Shown here: in pieces, positions 38,072-50,648 of the stretch | Layout of the letters: every line of letters starts with the position of its first letter | Numbering within the stretch: the stretch's first letter is position 1 | Assembly (NCBI RefSeq): GCF_006345805.1 | Contig: NC_043017.1 | Coordinates: 28,024,001 to 28,088,000 of the forward strand | DNA length: 64,000 nucleotides | Reading direction: 5' to 3' | Source: Octopus sinensis | Lineage: Eukaryota | Notes under the pieces: generated by a model | What the model saw: the letters and a program-made list of their open reading frames with translations, nothing else | Databases searched by the model: none | Told to the model about the DNA's origin: nothing | Made by a program: the position numbers and the translations under genes

Positions 38072-38475
38072 ACTTTACTGCCCACAAGGGCTAAACATAG
38101 AGAGGACAAACAAGGGGAATAAGTCGATTACATCGACTCCATTGCGTAACTTGTACATATTTAAACGACCCCGAAAGGATGAAAGGCAATGTCGACCTCG
38201 GCTGAATTTGAACTCAGAACGCAAAGGCAGACGAAATACATATATATTTCTTTATTACCCACAAGGGGCTAAACATAGAGGGGACAAACAAGGACAGACA
38301 TAGGTATTAAGTCGATTATATCGACCCCAGAGCGTAACTGGTACTTAATTTATCGACCCCGAAAGGATGAAAGGCAAAGTTGACCTCGGCGGAATTTGAA
38401 CTCACAACGTAACGACAGACGAAATACCGCTAAGCATTTCATCCGGCGTGCTAACGTTTCTGCCAGCTCGCCGCC
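38072..38475 (-). mobile_element. SINE C, two modules
   Basis: Two tandem modules under one head. Confidence 0.85.
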
Positions 38476-38487
38476 CCCCCCCCCACT

Positions 38488-38895
38488 ACTTTTTCAGCCA
38501 TATGACTGCAGCCATGCTGGAGCACCACCTTTAGTCGAAACAAATCGAACCCAGGACTTATTCTTTGTAAGCCTAATACTTATTCTATCGGTATATTTTG
38601 CCGAACAGCTAAGTTACAGTGACCTAAACACAGCAGCATCTGTTGCCAAGCGATGTTGCGGGAACAAACAGAGATACACAACACACACACATATATATAT
38701 ATATATATTATATAATATATATATATATACACACATATATACGACGAGTTTTTCAGTTTCCCATCTCTACCAAATCGACTCACAAGGCTTCTATAGTAGA
38801 AGACACTTGCCCAAGGTACCACGCAGTGAGATGAACGAGAAACATGTGGTTGGAAAGCGAGCTACTTACCACATTACCACACACCCACTCCTGGG

Positions 38896-38898
<3 letters not shown>
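38488..38898 (-). mobile_element. SINE family B, diverged
   Basis: Collinear with the other family B copies. Confidence 0.8.
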
Positions 38899-38936
<38 letters not shown>

Positions 38937-38997
38937 TGGTGAGAGACATAGAGTGAGTGAGGGTTAGATAGATAGATGGTTACATAGATATATAGAA

Positions 38998-39129
38998 AGC
39001 TAGATAGATAAATAGATAGATCGATAAATATATTATGAGATAGATACACTTCTGTATGTATAGATATACATACACAAATGTATCTATCTCACTATATATC
39101 TATCGATCTATCTATTTATCTGTCTAGCT
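38998..39129. repeat. Near-perfect palindrome, 65-bp arms and 2-nt spacer
   Basis: 38998-39062 is the reverse complement of 39065-39129 with a few mismatches. Confidence 0.9.
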
Positions 39130-39656
39130 CTACAATAGAGAGGAGGGGTGAGATAGATGGATGAAGCAGCTGACTGTCCTTGCTTCCACCACTCCTGATT
39201 CTTGCACACGTGTCTTACACCAGCTTCATGCACGTCATCTTTCTTTATTCCATACGATAGTTGTTCCTTTTGATGAATAAGTTATTGCGTTGCCCGAGCT
39301 TTCGTACGTTGTTTTGATATCGTCCATTTAAATTATAGTCATGCAATGCGACTATAATGACACCTCTAAGGCTGCCATTACTGTCTCTCTATCGTGTGTA
39401 CGAGTGTCTGTGGCTTATATGTGTGTATATGCATGTGCGTGTGGTGTGTACGTATATATATGTAGAAAGAGAGATAGACAGTTATAGATATGAGTGTGTT
39501 TATGCCTTTATGTATGTATATAAATGTATATATATACCTGTCAATCGTACATATGTGCATCTAAATATACATATATATATATATCGTATACATATATATG
39601 TGTGGCTCTTCTTAGGCTCAACAATATATGTATGTGCATAAATTTATGTGCGTATT

Positions 39657-39756
39657 NNNNNNNNNNNNNNNNNNNNNNNNNNNNNNNNNNNNNNNNNNNN
39701 NNNNNNNNNNNNNNNNNNNNNNNNNNNNNNNNNNNNNNNNNNNNNNNNNNNNNNNN
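39657..39756. other. Assembly gap (100 N)
   Basis: Run of 100 N between microsatellite-rich flanks. Confidence 0.99.
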
Positions 39757-39787
<31 letters not shown>

Positions 39788-39819
39788 GTACGTATATATA
39801 TGTACGTATGCATGTGTAT

Positions 39820-39853
<34 letters not shown>

Positions 39854-40495
39854 GTATATGTATGTATGTATATGTATGTATGAATGTATATGTATGTATG
39901 TATATACATGTATGTATCTCTGGATCTGTATGTCTGTCTCTGACTCGGAGCAGTCAATAATTCCAAACGTATGCAATATATTATGAATTCTTTAAAGAAA
40001 GTAATGACAGAAGCAGAGTTGTTTTAATACGTTTTTTTTTTTACATCACATCAATCAAATACCTAGCATTCCAATTTAGTGGTTACTTCATTAAATAATA
40101 ACTATACATAATTATTTAGTTAACAGATATTTTCTTAAACTAGAGATATATTCCACGTCATACAATCAGCGAATAGAAGACAATATGAAGTGTGTTAAGC
40201 AATATATTCACTTCATGGTAAGTCTCTTTTACTTTTTCAGATGCCAATAAAATCGGTGTTGTTACAATGTATTTAGCATTAACCCCCGACACGTAGTATC
40301 ATACTATACTATATGAAAACATAAACTGAATCCATTCTAATTAGTGATCTTCTAGAAATATCAAATATACCTCAATAAACAACACGTTTTCGTCTGTGTC
40401 AAAAGGAAATACATTTTATCGGGTATTTTAGATTAATTCTAAATGAAACGCAGAGGCGATTATCGCCAGAAAACTTTTGATCATATGCTCGTATG

Positions 40496-40914
40496 GGATC
40501 TTTTCGGTTTGAACGGCAGTTTTTTCTAGCGGTGTCATATGAAATTGTCACCCATAATTATGACCCTAGAATCGATCTATTGCATTTCAATCTCTTTTAG
40601 GGTTATGGTTGGTTAGGGGTGGGGAAGGGTATATTTTTTTCTTTACAAATGTAAATAAATCCAATCTGTTTCTTAAACGAGGGACATATACATACGGCAC
40701 AGAATGCTTTTTAACGCAATAGACGTCAGTGATTGGTTGAAATTGCAGAAATTGAAAAAAAAAAACAACAAATATCTTACAAACCATAGAATTTTCTCAA
40801 TAAAGCCGAGAGAAAAAGATGTTTTATAAACACATTCTACCAGTATACGAAGTTTAAAATTTTTTAGTTACCTAGAAATTATGTTAAAAACTGCCGTTCA
40901 AACCGAAAAGATCC
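40496..40914. mobile_element. MITE with perfect 29-bp TIRs and 8-bp TSD (Merlin-like termini)
   Basis: TIR GGATCTTTTCGGTTTGAACGGCAGTTTTT; flanks CTCGTATG (40488-40495) and CTTGTATG (40915-40922). Confidence 0.85.
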
Positions 40915-41349
40915 CTTGTATGGTCAGAGTTGACCTTGTTAAACAGTACCAATATTACTGGATTACGAGAAATGCAACTATATGTTACAAGTAAGTCTGT
41001 AATATTCATTGGTCAAAGGTTAAATTTTTTTTTTCGTTTTGGTGCACTGAAAGTGGTACCATAAAAGTATGTTTAAGAAACTTTGAATTTAATTGCATCT
41101 TATCCGGATAATAAATAGGATCTGCTTCATAACTCGTAAAAAATATAATAAATAGAGGTATAGCAATTCAGCATAGCCGTTCATGTTGTCTTGCCGTTAA
41201 TTTTATCTAATGATTCATTTCATTTTCGTTGCTTTTGCTCTCGTTGTTATTGATGTTCATTAGCCAAAGTTTAAACCATGATTAAGATGACCTACAAAAA
41301 GAGGTGTTCAAGTTTTAATCATCCTGTCGTCTGCTATTCAATTATTATT

Positions 41350-41892
41350 GACGCCGTGGTGATGTCATTCTCGCTCACAACATCATAAGGTTGGCGATTG
41401 AGATGTCTTCCCATACCTGTCTTTGTAGATTTTTGTAGGCATCTTGGGTGCGTTTATCCACTCTGCATTTTCATTGTATGTTTTCTCATCACTCCAGATC
41501 TCTTTCCAAAAGTTTTCAACTTCTTCCATTAGGGATGGATTCTCAATGGTTATTTTTTCTTTCCCAACATCATAAGCGGAAAGTGTAACCTCTCGAACGA
41601 GCTGTTCTTCAATCCTGCTCCAGAGCGTCGGCTGCGGGGGTCACTCCGAAAAGCTCTGTCTGCGACGATTTCATCTCAATCGAAGGAGAGGGGCTTTCTC
41701 CGTCCGGGTTGCGGTTCCGTGGAATAAGCTGCCGCACGAGATACTGAAGATGCCGACGACCGCTCGGTTCAAAGTCTCTCTTGACCAGAAATGGCCTGAA
41801 CTCTTTGCATGAACACCCTCCCTGTACATAACTCCATGCCCCCCTACATGGCCTTGCTTTTGGCTTTTTGAGCCAAAAATTAACTTAACTTA
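41350..41892 (+). mobile_element. CR1-clade LINE 3' end, interrupted
   Basis: RRGDVILAHNII|SGKCNL...RLRGHSEKL...RRGAFSVRVAVPWNKLP...FKVSLD, stop at 41810-41812, (AACTT)n tail. Confidence 0.85.
41390..41564 (-). mobile_element. Internal fragment of an R4/Dong-like LINE inserted in the CR1
   Basis: Minus-strand peptide PSLMEEVENFWKEIWSDEKTYNENAEWI; flanked by CAACATCATAAG duplication. Confidence 0.75.
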
Positions 41893-41938
41893 TTTCTTCA
41901 AAATTATCTTAGGCAAACATTTGAACTAGATTTTGTCG

Positions 41939-42136
41939 TTACTCTCTTTTACTTGTTTCAGTCATTTGACTGCGGCCATGCTGGAGCACCGCCTTTAATC
42001 GAGCAACTCGACCCCGGGACTTTTTCTTTTTGTAAGCCCAGTACTTATTCTATCGGTCTCATAAACACACCAGCATCGGTTGTCAAGCAATGCTAGGGGG
42101 ACAAACACAGACACACAAACAAACACACATACATAT

Positions 42137-42168
<32 letters not shown>

Positions 42169-42340
42169 CATATATACGACAGGCTTCTTTCAGTTTCCGT
42201 CTACTAAATCCACTCACAAGGCATTGGTCGGCCCGGGGCTATAGCAGAAGACGGATGCCCAAGATGCCACGCAGTGGGACTGAACCTGGAACCATGTGGT
42301 TGGTTAGCAAGCTGCTTACCACACAGCCACTCCTGCGCCT
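41939..42340 (-). mobile_element. SINE family B
   Basis: Full head ending CCTGCGCCT on the plus strand; small internal deletion. Confidence 0.9.
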
Positions 42341-42926
42341 ATATTAGGATATAATTTTATATAATTTATATTAGGATATAATTTTAAGAAAATTTGGCTA
42401 TAACTGACGCGTATACAGATCCACAGTCCGACCGTCTGTTTACCTTGCGAAGCATTCCTTAATATTACAAAATCCATATTGATTATAGCAATAAGCTGAA
42501 CAATATGTAGCAATTGTTTTACATTATTGTACAGTTGTTAATGAAATAATGGGTTTCCGACACTTCTCAGCAATCTTGACAAGTCATGAATTACCGCGTT
42601 TCCGGCCGGAAATGCAGAAGGATGTCTCTCAAATTTGAAAGATTAACAACATGTCTATAATTGCATTCGTTTTGTTGTTTGGTCATATTACTAATATTGA
42701 TTTAAGATTGTGTCACAAGGCGAGCGATTTCGAGTAAGTGGTTAAGTCGGTTACATCGGACCAGTGCTGAACTGGTGCGTGTTTTATCAACCCCGAATAC
42801 ACAAAAGGAAAAGCAGACCACGGTGGCATTTGATCTGAGAACGTAAAGTCGAATGTGATGGCGTCGAGTATTTTTCCTTTGCGTGCTAACAATTCTGCTT
42901 GATTAGCACTTTGGTTATATTTCTAA

Positions 42927-43325
42927 CTAGCAGTATCGCCCGGCGTTGCTCGGGTTTGTAAGGGAAATAACTATATAAGCATTTTTAGAGAGTTATAGCC
43001 AAAAAATAGCAAACAAATGCATTAAAAATGGGAAAAAAAATGATGGTAAATTTTTTTTTAAATTGTTGACTCATCGTAGACATTTTTAGAGAGTTACTTC
43101 CCTTATATAATAGCGAAAAAATGCATTAAAATGGAATAAAATGATGGTAAATTATTTTTAAAATCGTAGACTCATCGTAGACGCGCGCTAATACCCAGAA
43201 GGGCTCGATATGAATCACGACTATAAGATACCCGGTTTTGGTTAAACTGCACCGCAAAATGTGGGAGTAGTTAGGAATCTAAATCGTAGGAGACAGACAC
43301 ACAACTTCACTTTTATATATAAAGA
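42927..43325 (-). mobile_element. Non-autonomous Helitron, copy 2
   Basis: TC...hairpin-CTAG ends on the minus strand; inserted between A and T. Confidence 0.9.
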
Positions 43326-43339
43326 TATTATGAAATGTT

Positions 43340-44068
43340 AGGGCGGAGAGCAGGCAGAATTGTTAGCTCGCCGAGCAAAATGCTTAGCGGCATTTTGTCT
43401 GCAGTTACTTTCTGAGTTCAAATTAACGCGAGGTCGACTTTGCCTTTCATCCTTTCAGGGTCGATTAAATAAGTACCAGTTACACACTGGGGTCGATGTA
43501 ATCGACTTAATCCGTTTGTCCTCTATGTATTTAGCCCCTTGTGGGTAGTAAAGAAATAGGCATTTCGTCCGTATTTACCTTCTGAGTTCAAACTCCGCTA
43601 AGGTCGACTTTGCATTTCATCCATTCAGGGTCGATTAAATAAGTACCAGTTACGCACTGGGGACGATGTAATCAACTTAATCCGTTTGTCCTCTCTGTGT
43701 TTAGCCCCTTGTGGGTAGTAAAGAAATAGGCATTTCGTCCGTATTTACCTTCTGAGTTCAAACTCCGCTAAGGTCGACTTTGCATTTCATCCTTTCAGGG
43801 TCGATTAAATAAGTACCAGTTACGCACTGGGGACGATGTAATCAACTTAATCCGTTTGTCCTCTCTGTGTTTAGCCCCTTGTGGGTAGTAAATATATAGG
43901 TATTTCGTCTGTATTTACCTTCTGAGTTCAAACTCCGCTAAGGTCGACTTTGCATTTCATCTTTTCTGGGTCGATAAAATAAATACCACCTGAGAACTGG
44001 GGGCGATACCATCACTTTAACCTCTTCCCCGAAATTGCTGGCCTTGTGCCCAAATTTGGAATCAATTA
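43340..44068 (+). mobile_element. SINE C tetramer (170-bp period)
   Basis: Module starts at 43559, 43729 and 43899. Confidence 0.9.
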
Positions 44069-44642
44069 TATGAAATAGTGATAAATTGCAGAATTAGTAT
44101 CTCACCAGAAACTACCATGCTACTATTCTCAGCATGTATTTGTGCTGAGAGCATAGGTACCAATTAAATAATTACTGTGATCGATTTAATCAAATGTTCC
44201 CTCTCAGGAATCCATGGTCTTACACCTCCGCTACAAAGTGATACAAATGTTAATTACAAGATCGATGAATTACAAGTCTTCGTATTAAGTTACCAAAATG
44301 GCTTATATTCCATTACACATTTTCCCATTATGAATTCAAACCCGTCTGATATGGTTTATTTAGTTACATTAGAATTCATCAATATTAAAGCGGCAGATCT
44401 TCCAGGAAAATATCATACGTTAATTATTCTGGTTTTCTACCGATCTTCCTTTGAATGCTCTCGAGATAAACTTTGCCTTTTACGGTTGAATATTGCAATT
44501 CGACCCTGTTCATACTCTTTTAGTGACTGTTGTAGGAGAGTGGGCTGGACATTTCCTTTTTTTAAGGGTATCACAAAAGATCTGTTTGGAGGATAAATCT
44601 TCCGAGTTCTTTTACAGGGCTTAAGGACCACTGCCATATGTC

Positions 44643-45000
44643 TTGAGAGGTGGTTGGATAGAACTTACACGTGCCTCCTTATGTGAGCTCAAAATCTCTC
44701 GTGGAAGCGTCATCCAACCAAAGTTGGGGAAATTACCACCTGTATCATCTCTTGTGAAAGGTAGAAGAGTCCAGTTTGCTGGACATTGTTGTAGAGCTGA
44801 AAACGAGGCAATTTCTACTCTTCTCCTCTGGAATCCATCTGCTCGCGATACCAGAGGGCGCACACTCTCCTACCCTGATGTAATCTCCAGGGATACAGGC
44901 ATCCAGCAACAGGACCTCCGTAATGCTATGATGGACCGTGAAGTCTGGTGTAACATAGTAAATTCCATTGTCTCGACCACAGTCGAACAATGACGATGAT
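44643..45000 (+). mobile_element. RTE-type LINE 3' end
   Basis: NLSWKRHPTK, RRVQFAGHCCRA, LLLW, GRTLSYPD, AMMDREVW; (TGA)n tail; possible ATGTCT TSD. Confidence 0.8.
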
Positions 45001-47192
45001 GTCTGCGATCCTCCTATATTTTCTGTTACCCTACCCAAAGCCAGGAGCTTTTCATCACCCCATCGTAGTATTAAGTCAAGCATGCAAAGTGACATATTCT
45101 TTCCCTCCAAGACAATAGCTTCCCACGAACCGTAATGAAACAAGGAGACGTAGTTATTTCAAAATTAATTAGCCAACGAGAAATGCTGGTAACTGGACAT
45201 GAGATAGTTATGTCCGTTGTTTAGAAATACTTCACGTCAAAACTTTTGTGCATTAATTAATGAAAACCCTCCAATCCGATTCACATATCCACCAGAATTC
45301 ATGTAAATTTTCCCTCAGGTTTATTTAATATGTGAAGGCGCGTAGCCTAGTGGTTAGAATACTGCGCTCACAAATGCAAGGTTGAGGTATCGATTCAAGG
45401 TTTGGGCGAAGCCTCGTGTTCTTCAGCGAAGAACTTCAGTGCTCGTTGCTCCGGTTCATATAAGTAAGCTTATTCAGAGGATGTGTTGTTATCTCGGTGA
45501 AGTATACTCCATAGAAACTAGTTTACCGCTCCTATAATTCCTAGGTGTGGAGTCAGAAATGTCAAGCAGACATACTTTACACATTCTATATAACGCTGCT
45601 CTCACGTTAACATTTTTCGTTACTCCTCTCTCGAACCACCTTACTTTTTATTGATTCACATACCCCTTTTTTTTTCTTCATTATTTCGTCTCTATGCTGT
45701 ATGTCAGTTCATCTTTGGTAGCTGTCAGTTGTCAAAGAGAAGTACTTCAATTTACTTCGGTTAAAACATCGAATCCTCTAGATAAGTGAATGATTTAAAA
45801 CATCGAATCCTCTAGATAAGTGAATGTCTTATAGTCAAACGTAGCCAACCCAGAGAAAAAATATATGAAATTGTGGGGCGGTAGAGAAGTATTGATTTTA
45901 GAATACGTCTGGGCTGGTACTTGATTTCTCAACCACGCAAGGTTAAAAAATATACATAATTGACACGAGGGCGGTTTGATCTCAGAATATATAAAAAAAG
46001 ATATGAGCCAAAAGAGGTCCCCACATTGCATCCTACTCAATACTCCACCGATAATATCAGTGAGATGCTTACTGTCCGTTACTCTAATAAATTTTTTTAC
46101 TTCTGCCGATGCCTTGCATTCAAATAGCTGCAATTCTCTCCATATTTAGTGGAAAATAATTTATTCCACTCTATGAACTTATTGCACCAATAATAGATCT
46201 AGGAACAGCTACATTTATGGATGGTTAAATCATACTGTTGTAGCATCTAATACTTTGGTATACTTATATTAGATAATGTCAGTAACCTTCAAATTAATCC
46301 GAAAGTAAACATTCAAATTTGGTGAAATGTCTCTCAGATATTTTAAGCATACGCCGTGCGTTTCAGATTTAGTTTAATTGTTCTTGTGCGTGCTAACTCT
46401 TGAAACTCACAGAAATTTGCATATTTCATAAAGGCAACCCATTATATCCATTTTCATTCGGCAACAAAGAGATCTTATTGACTGGTGCACAATCTCATTT
46501 TGTGATTAAAACCCGGGTTTAACCTTTGTATTATTATGAATTACATTTCAAAATTGTACTTAGCTTCATCGATCTAAACTCCAATATTGGCTTCGCTTAT
46601 GTAATTTCTGGAATTTCATATGGCCAATACTTTTCCACATATTCATTCATTCATTCACTCATTCACTGTCTCTTTCATTGTTCTTTCCTTCTTTATTTAT
46701 TATCTATTTCACTCCGTCTCTCTATGGATTTCGTCTTTGTCTGTCTACCCTTAGTTGTCTATTCTCTCTTGTCTCCATATCTGTTTCGCTTTTTGCCAAT
46801 TTTTGTCTGTTTTCTATCCCCTTTCGCATCCTTTTTCCTTTCACTTCTATACAACTTTATTCACTTTATCCTACGTTATATATTTATTTAAATACTGCTT
46901 CTTTTCGATTTATCACTTTCATCTCTACTTTCAATCTTATTTCTCTCTTCACGAAATCCACGTCTCTGACGCCCATATCTCGTTCACACATACCTCTCTC
47001 CCCACTTTTTCTCTCAAATTATATCAAATATAAACACGCATATACACACTCATATATATACCCATATTTTGCTCTACCTATCTGTTACTTATTTATCACT
47101 CTCTTTGTCTATCTATATATCGATCAATATCTACATTTCTATATACTGGGAATATATGTCCATATTGCTGTCTGTGCACATATGTATGTATG

Positions 47193-47223
<31 letters not shown>

Positions 47224-48213
47224 TAATCTGCCTATCTACCAATCTATAAATATCTATTTATCGATCTATATATCAGTGTCTGCCAATCTGTCTGTTTGTC
47301 CATCTGTCTTTCTATCTTCATTGTACGTCTATTTCTTTATTTCTTTATATATTTCTCTCTTTATCCTCCTGTCTCCATTCCCCTCTCTGTCACTCTACCC
47401 CCGTCTCTCCTCCCACATCCCCCCCTGCTCCTCTCTCTCTCTCACGATCTAACAATATTACATCAGAGGTTTTTCATTTCATTTTAATCTATTCAATACG
47501 TGCAGCCAATTCATGGTGTATTGTGCCTATTTAATTTAAAATTCAAGCAATGAATACACGTAATCTACCCATTTATGGAAAGGAAGTGCTAGCTGCACAC
47601 TTCCTCCTCCCCTTTCTCGTCCGCCTCGTCCTCGTCCTCCTCTTCGTCATTCTTCTTCTTCTTCTTCAATTTATTTCACTTGCCTACGAATATGTATTTC
47701 TCTTTCCGCCACTTCCCCTGTAGTTCATCGTTACATAATTGCCTACTTCTGTCATTTCTATAATTCGAAAAACAAACTCTCCATCTCCTGCCGCCACTGT
47801 AGTAGTAGTAGAAGTAGTAGTAGTAGCAGCAGTAGTAGCGATGGTGGAAGCATGCAGAGGACAGCACTGAGGATAAAATTCTTCGAATACTGATATCAAA
47901 ATACAATTGGAAGGTTTCAAGCCGTTCATTCAGCGATGTCAAATAAACCTTTGCCACGTTTAACGATATCGATCGAAAACATTGCTCTCGGAAATGATTG
48001 ACCGTCCGATATAGCAAAGTTAGCTCGATAGCAATTTGCTTAGCCTTATTTCCGAGGTTGACATTATTTTTCGCTTAAAAGAGCAACCTTCACCATGTAT
48101 GGGTCGATAAATGAAGTACCAGCGTAAGACAGGGGTCGATGTTATCGACTAATCCTCTCCGCGCCGAAATTTCAGACATTGTGCCTTTAGGTGAAAAAAT
48201 TATTATTATTATT

Positions 48214-48327
48214 AGAATAAGTACTGGGCTTACAAAGAATAAGTCCTGGGGTCGATTTTCTCGACTAAAGGCGGTGCTCCAGCATGGCCGCAGTCAAATG
48301 ACTGAAACAAGTAAAAGAGTAAAGAGG
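48214..48327 (+). mobile_element. SINE family B 3' end
   Basis: AGAATAAGTACTGGGC...GACTGAAACAAGTAAAAGAGT. Confidence 0.9.
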
Positions 48328-48329
48328 AA

Positions 48330-48720
48330 GTTTGACTTTTGCTTTACATTTGTACAAGTTGGCTCCAAGTCTCACCCAGAGACCTCAAGAGACAACAGGT
48401 TGGAAGTTCATGTTGTTATGCCTAGTGTGCCATATATTTGTGGGTTTTTTGGTGAATGTCCAAAAAAATAAATAAATAAATAAAAAAAACGAAAATTGTG
48501 TTTGTTTTAAGCCCTGAGATTACATAGAAAGTATTTTGCGTAGGATATAAGCAGTTCCCATGAGCACTATCTTTTGAATTTCTGCCATTTTAGGGTTTCC
48601 TGGTATCTGAGTTAGGTACCAATCAGCCCCTTTCGCTATCATTCCCAGGGCACCTATGACAACAGGTATTGTTTTATTCTTCAGGTTCCACATTTTGCTG
48701 ATTTCTATTTCAAGATCTTT
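48330..48720 (-). mobile_element. R4/Dong-clade LINE 3' end (endonuclease C-terminus and 3' UTR) in (TAA)n
   Basis: KDLEIEISKMWNLKNKTIPVVIGALGMI...EIQKIVLMGTAYILRKILSM*; (ATT)n at 48201-48213 and 48721-48733. Confidence 0.85.
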
Positions 48721-49189
48721 TATTATTATTATTGGTGGGGTAGTATCATCATCATCATTATTATTATTAGGTCGGCGAGCTGGCGGAATCGTTAACAAGC
48801 CGGTTGAAATGCTAACGTATTTCGTCTGTCTTTACGTATTTCATCAGTCTTTCCGTTGTGAGTTCAAATTCTGCCGAAGTCGACCGTGCCTTATTAAGCA
48901 TCGACTGGAAATATCTTACGTATGGTACATATATAGCTGTAAAAAACCGGATATTTTCGGTAGCAGAGCTCTTCTCATCAAGTATTATATCCGATGGGTA
49001 GGTCTGAAGGCAATTACTATATAGTGAATTAGTTCTCGTGGATGACCTCGCTAAGTTTATGTATATAAATTTGTATACAAATGACACGGTCAAAGTGTGG
49101 TCATCAGCTGCAGGATTGAAAATGTATTTTGAAAATAATGCTTTCGGTTGGACAAGATGTTGACCCGATTCTTGACATTACGTACAATA

Positions 49190-49455
49190 AGTCTCTTTCT
49201 CTCTCTCTCACTATTTTTCTGTCTCTCTCACTATCTTTCTGTTCTCTCACTCTTTTCATCTCTTTCACTATCTTTCTCTCTCTCTCTCTCTCACTATCTT
49301 TCTCTGTCTCCCTCACTATTTTTTCTCTCTCTATTTTCTCTCTTTCTCACTCTCACACTATCTTTCTCTCTCTCTCACTATTTTCTGTCTCTCTCACTAT
49401 CTTTTCGTCTCGCTCACTATCTTTTCGTCTCTCACACTATCTTTCTCTCTCTCAC
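49190..49455. repeat. CT-rich minisatellite (CTCACTATCTTTCTCT units)
   Basis: Seen directly. Confidence 0.9.
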
Positions 49456-50376
49456 ACACGAAACAGTACAGAAAACCTCGGCAAGATAGATATTACGGGT
49501 ACGTAACCAAAATGTTATCACCACTACAGCATACCGAAAAGGATAAAGTGGCTACGCTCTAAATAAAGTTCACGTGCATTATTTATTTATTTATTTGTTT
49601 ATTTGTTTGTTTGTTTGTTTGTTTGTTTGTTTGTTTGTTGTTTGTTCGTTCATGCATTTTGTATCTAGGTGACTTTTTGTGATACTAAATGCAAGTTATA
49701 ATTTTCTGTTTCACAAAAGAGTTATCTTCAAAGCATACTGTAGCGTAAAAGATTTTAATTGTGCACAACGCATACCGTCCTATGTCGCTATTCAGAGAGT
49801 TGCTCAGACCTTTCTTTTACAGTTGTATTCACGCCATTGGTTAGATTAGGGCACATTATTTCCGTGTTTATTCATTGATTTATGGAGAGTGAAAAATAGC
49901 GGTGTTAGGAGTTGTAAATTCTCACAAGTACACATAGGCACACACACACAAGTGTATGCATGAATATTGTGTGTGTATTTGTGCTTCTCTATGAGCGTAT
50001 GTGCGTGTGCGTACATAAGTGTTCTTGCAGAAAATTGATTGAACAATAATATACCCATAAACTTGTTTGAATTATGCGTCAGCTGCTGACATACCCCTTT
50101 GCCAAACTGGTGCCTAATGTTATGTAAGATACAAATATATGTGCGCTGCGGTTTTACGAAGCCTACGCATGAAAGGAAACTATAGCGGCGATAATGATAA
50201 AACCGTTATGAGAGAGAAGACAATATAGCAGAGAAAGAAATATCATTGAGGAGAAAACTAATAGAAAATATGATGTAGGAGGTAGAACATAAATGCATGA
50301 TATTAAATGGAGGGAAAGCAATTTTTCAATTACTAGAAATGCTTCTCTCTCTCATACTCTTATATATATATATATA

Positions 50377-50459
50377 TGATTTGTGGACATATATATATAT
50401 ATATATATATATGATTTGTGGACATATATATATATATATTATATATATATATGATTTGT

Positions 50460-50496
<37 letters not shown>

Positions 50497-50500
50497 TTGT

Positions 50501-50541
<41 letters not shown>

Positions 50542-50555
50542 TTGTGGACATATAT

Positions 50556-50592
<37 letters not shown>

Positions 50593-50599
50593 GATTTGT

Positions 50600-50645
<46 letters not shown>
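50377..50645 (+). repeat. Six TGATTTGTGGACA cores separated by variable (TA)n
   Basis: Cores at 50377, 50412, 50452, 50493, 50538 and 50592; inverted copy at 50665-50675. Confidence 0.95.

Positions 50646-50648
<3 letters not shown>

Noticed and set aside
40218-40240. GTAAGT donor followed by a TTTTTCAG acceptor
   Set aside because: The implied 23-nt intron is too short and there is no supporting coding frame
44437-44637. LKEYEQGRI resembling a Tc1 N-terminus
   Set aside because: Too short and unsupported by TIRs or downstream domains
46526-47487. Hydrophobic F/L/S/I-rich ORFs resembling membrane proteins
   Set aside because: Pyrimidine-rich low-complexity DNA open in several overlapping frames
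50377-50645. CRISPR-like repeat-spacer appearance
   Set aside because: Repeat is only 13 bp, spacers are (TA)n, no cas genes, eukaryotic context
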